In this document: positions 62,385 to 64,000 of the stretch, in pieces | How positions within the stretch are numbered: the stretch's first letter is position 1 | Layout: every line of letters begins with the position of its first letter | Source of the DNA: Pecten maximus | Taxonomy: Eukaryota | Direction of reading: 5' to 3' | DNA: 64,000 nt | Assembly: GCF_902652985.1 (NCBI RefSeq) | Contig: NC_047018.1 | Location: 45,074,001-45,138,000, forward strand | Translations under genes and position numbers: made by a program | Notes under the pieces: generated by a model | The model's database searches: none | What the model saw: the letters and a program-made list of their open reading frames with translations, nothing else | Told to the model about the DNA's origin: nothing

Positions 62385-63030
62385 TGAAATACTACCTGTT
62401 TATACCGACTACCTCTATCAATTGAAAACCTGTTTAGAACGATCTATTGATCATAATAAATACCTGTCAATATCGACCACCTTTATATAACGACCACCTG
62501 TTCAATACTGTATATCGACCGCCCCTAAATAGTAAACACAGATTTAGATCGGCGTATTGATATGGAATACATACCTGTCTATGTCGCCCACCTTTATATA
62601 GTGACCACCTGTTCAATACTCGTATTAGAATGAAATAAATACCTGTTTATATCGACCGCCTCTATATAGTCAACACCAATTTAGATCGGCATATTGATAT
62701 TGAATAAATACCTGTCTATACCGACCACCTTTGTATGGTTAACATCTCATCAGAACAGTCTATTGATGTGAAAAAATACCTGTCTGTATCGACCGTCTCT
62801 ATATAGTTAACACCAGTTTAGAACGACATAATGATATTAAATAAATACCTGTCTATATCAACCCATCACCTCTATATAATCAACCACTGTTTAGTACGAT
62901 CTATTAGCATGAAATATACCTGTCTATATCGACCGCCTCTATAACGTAAACACCAGTTTAGAACGGTCTATTAGTATAAAATAAATACTTGTCGATATCG
63001 ACAACCTCTATATCGTGAACACCTGTCTAA
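62385..63030 (+). repeat. ~69-bp degenerate tandem repeat, ~9 copies
   Basis: Unit AAATACCTGTCTATATCGACCRCCTCTATATAGTYAACACCAGTTTAGAACGRTCTATTGATATGAAAT; period 69 between 62637 and 62706. Confidence 0.9.
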
Positions 63031-64000
63031 AACGCCTGTTTTTAACGGTCTGTAAATGATTACACTGTTGATGTGAAACAGTAACACAGAAGATGCATGT
63101 TTTCATCTGACATGTACATGCATTTAACAAGATATACCTTTATTTTCTGAACAATAGAAACAAAACAGAAACTTGAGATATCCCAGCGATCCTTTTACAG
63201 GAAGCGGAAGTTAAGGCAGAAACCGGAAATCGTCATGAGATCGTTAAAAAAAGAAACTGAATATAGCAATATGCCCCTCCCCCTCCCTTCCAGGCTAGTG
63301 AAACGGGTGGAGTGGGAGGGGTAGGGTAGGCATAAATGCATCAAACGTGCCACGAATTTCAGGTTGAGGCTGGGTTGGGGGAGGAAAAAGGAGGGGGGGG
63401 GGGGTTAAATAGGAGAACGAGATGGAATTAGAAGAAAGAATGAATATAAAGGTGGGGGGGGGGGGGCAGGAGAAGGGAGAATTTAAAATAGGAGAAAGAT
63501 TGGGAATTACAAAAAGAATGAATATGAGGGTGTGTGGTAGGGAATGCAGCTAGTATTTTCCATCCCCGGGGAGAGGAAGTTAAGTGAAGGTTAACACGGG
63601 GACAATGTCGCATGTGTAACCCTGGGGACGTCACACCATGCACATGTATAGTGCACGTAACAGCTTACACCTGGTGTGTTACGTAACTCGTGTGTGTCGA
63701 CGCGAATTAACATCCTTTTCTAATTCCCTACCTGTGTGGTCCCGGATGATTGACATTTAACGCAAAGTAGAGCCCGCGGGGACTCTCTTTCACATCCCTT
63801 CAACTCAGTGTAAGGCTTCCACGCTTACTTTTTGTCTGGTTAAAGTTCCAATCTTTTTCTATTCTCTCACGATAATAAAATTCTATAGTTGACATTGTCT
63901 TTACAGAAATGTATCCAAGCCTTTTGTCTAACGAAGGAAGCGAAAAGAGCTAGGATGAAATTCAGGCCTTTATGTAAGTTTTCTCTCTTTTAGAATTATC

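Overview
AT-rich eukaryotic (animal) genomic DNA with no recognisable protein-coding gene, rRNA, intact tRNA or CRISPR array. All long ORFs in the track fall on tandem or low-complexity repeats. The SINE types (tRNA head + V-like domain, Meta/Deu-like domains, CORE-like domain) point to a bivalve mollusc, which is an inference. The window reads as a large intron or gene desert with about 13 mini/microsatellite arrays, several SINEs, several non-autonomous TIR elements (one triple-nested), a tRNA-containing solo LTR with a perfect 4-bp TSD, a 148-N assembly gap and short unique GC-raised islands that may be enhancers. The strongest observations are: (1) eight co-oriented CTCF-like motifs within 700 bp at 57.6-58.3 kb; (2) several tandem arrays whose monomers match pieces of dispersed elements found elsewhere in the same window; (3) an unclassified ~55-70-nt core present in at least 8 dispersed copies; (4) the Helenus-type solo LTR. 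Family names come from motif recognition only; no database search was run.
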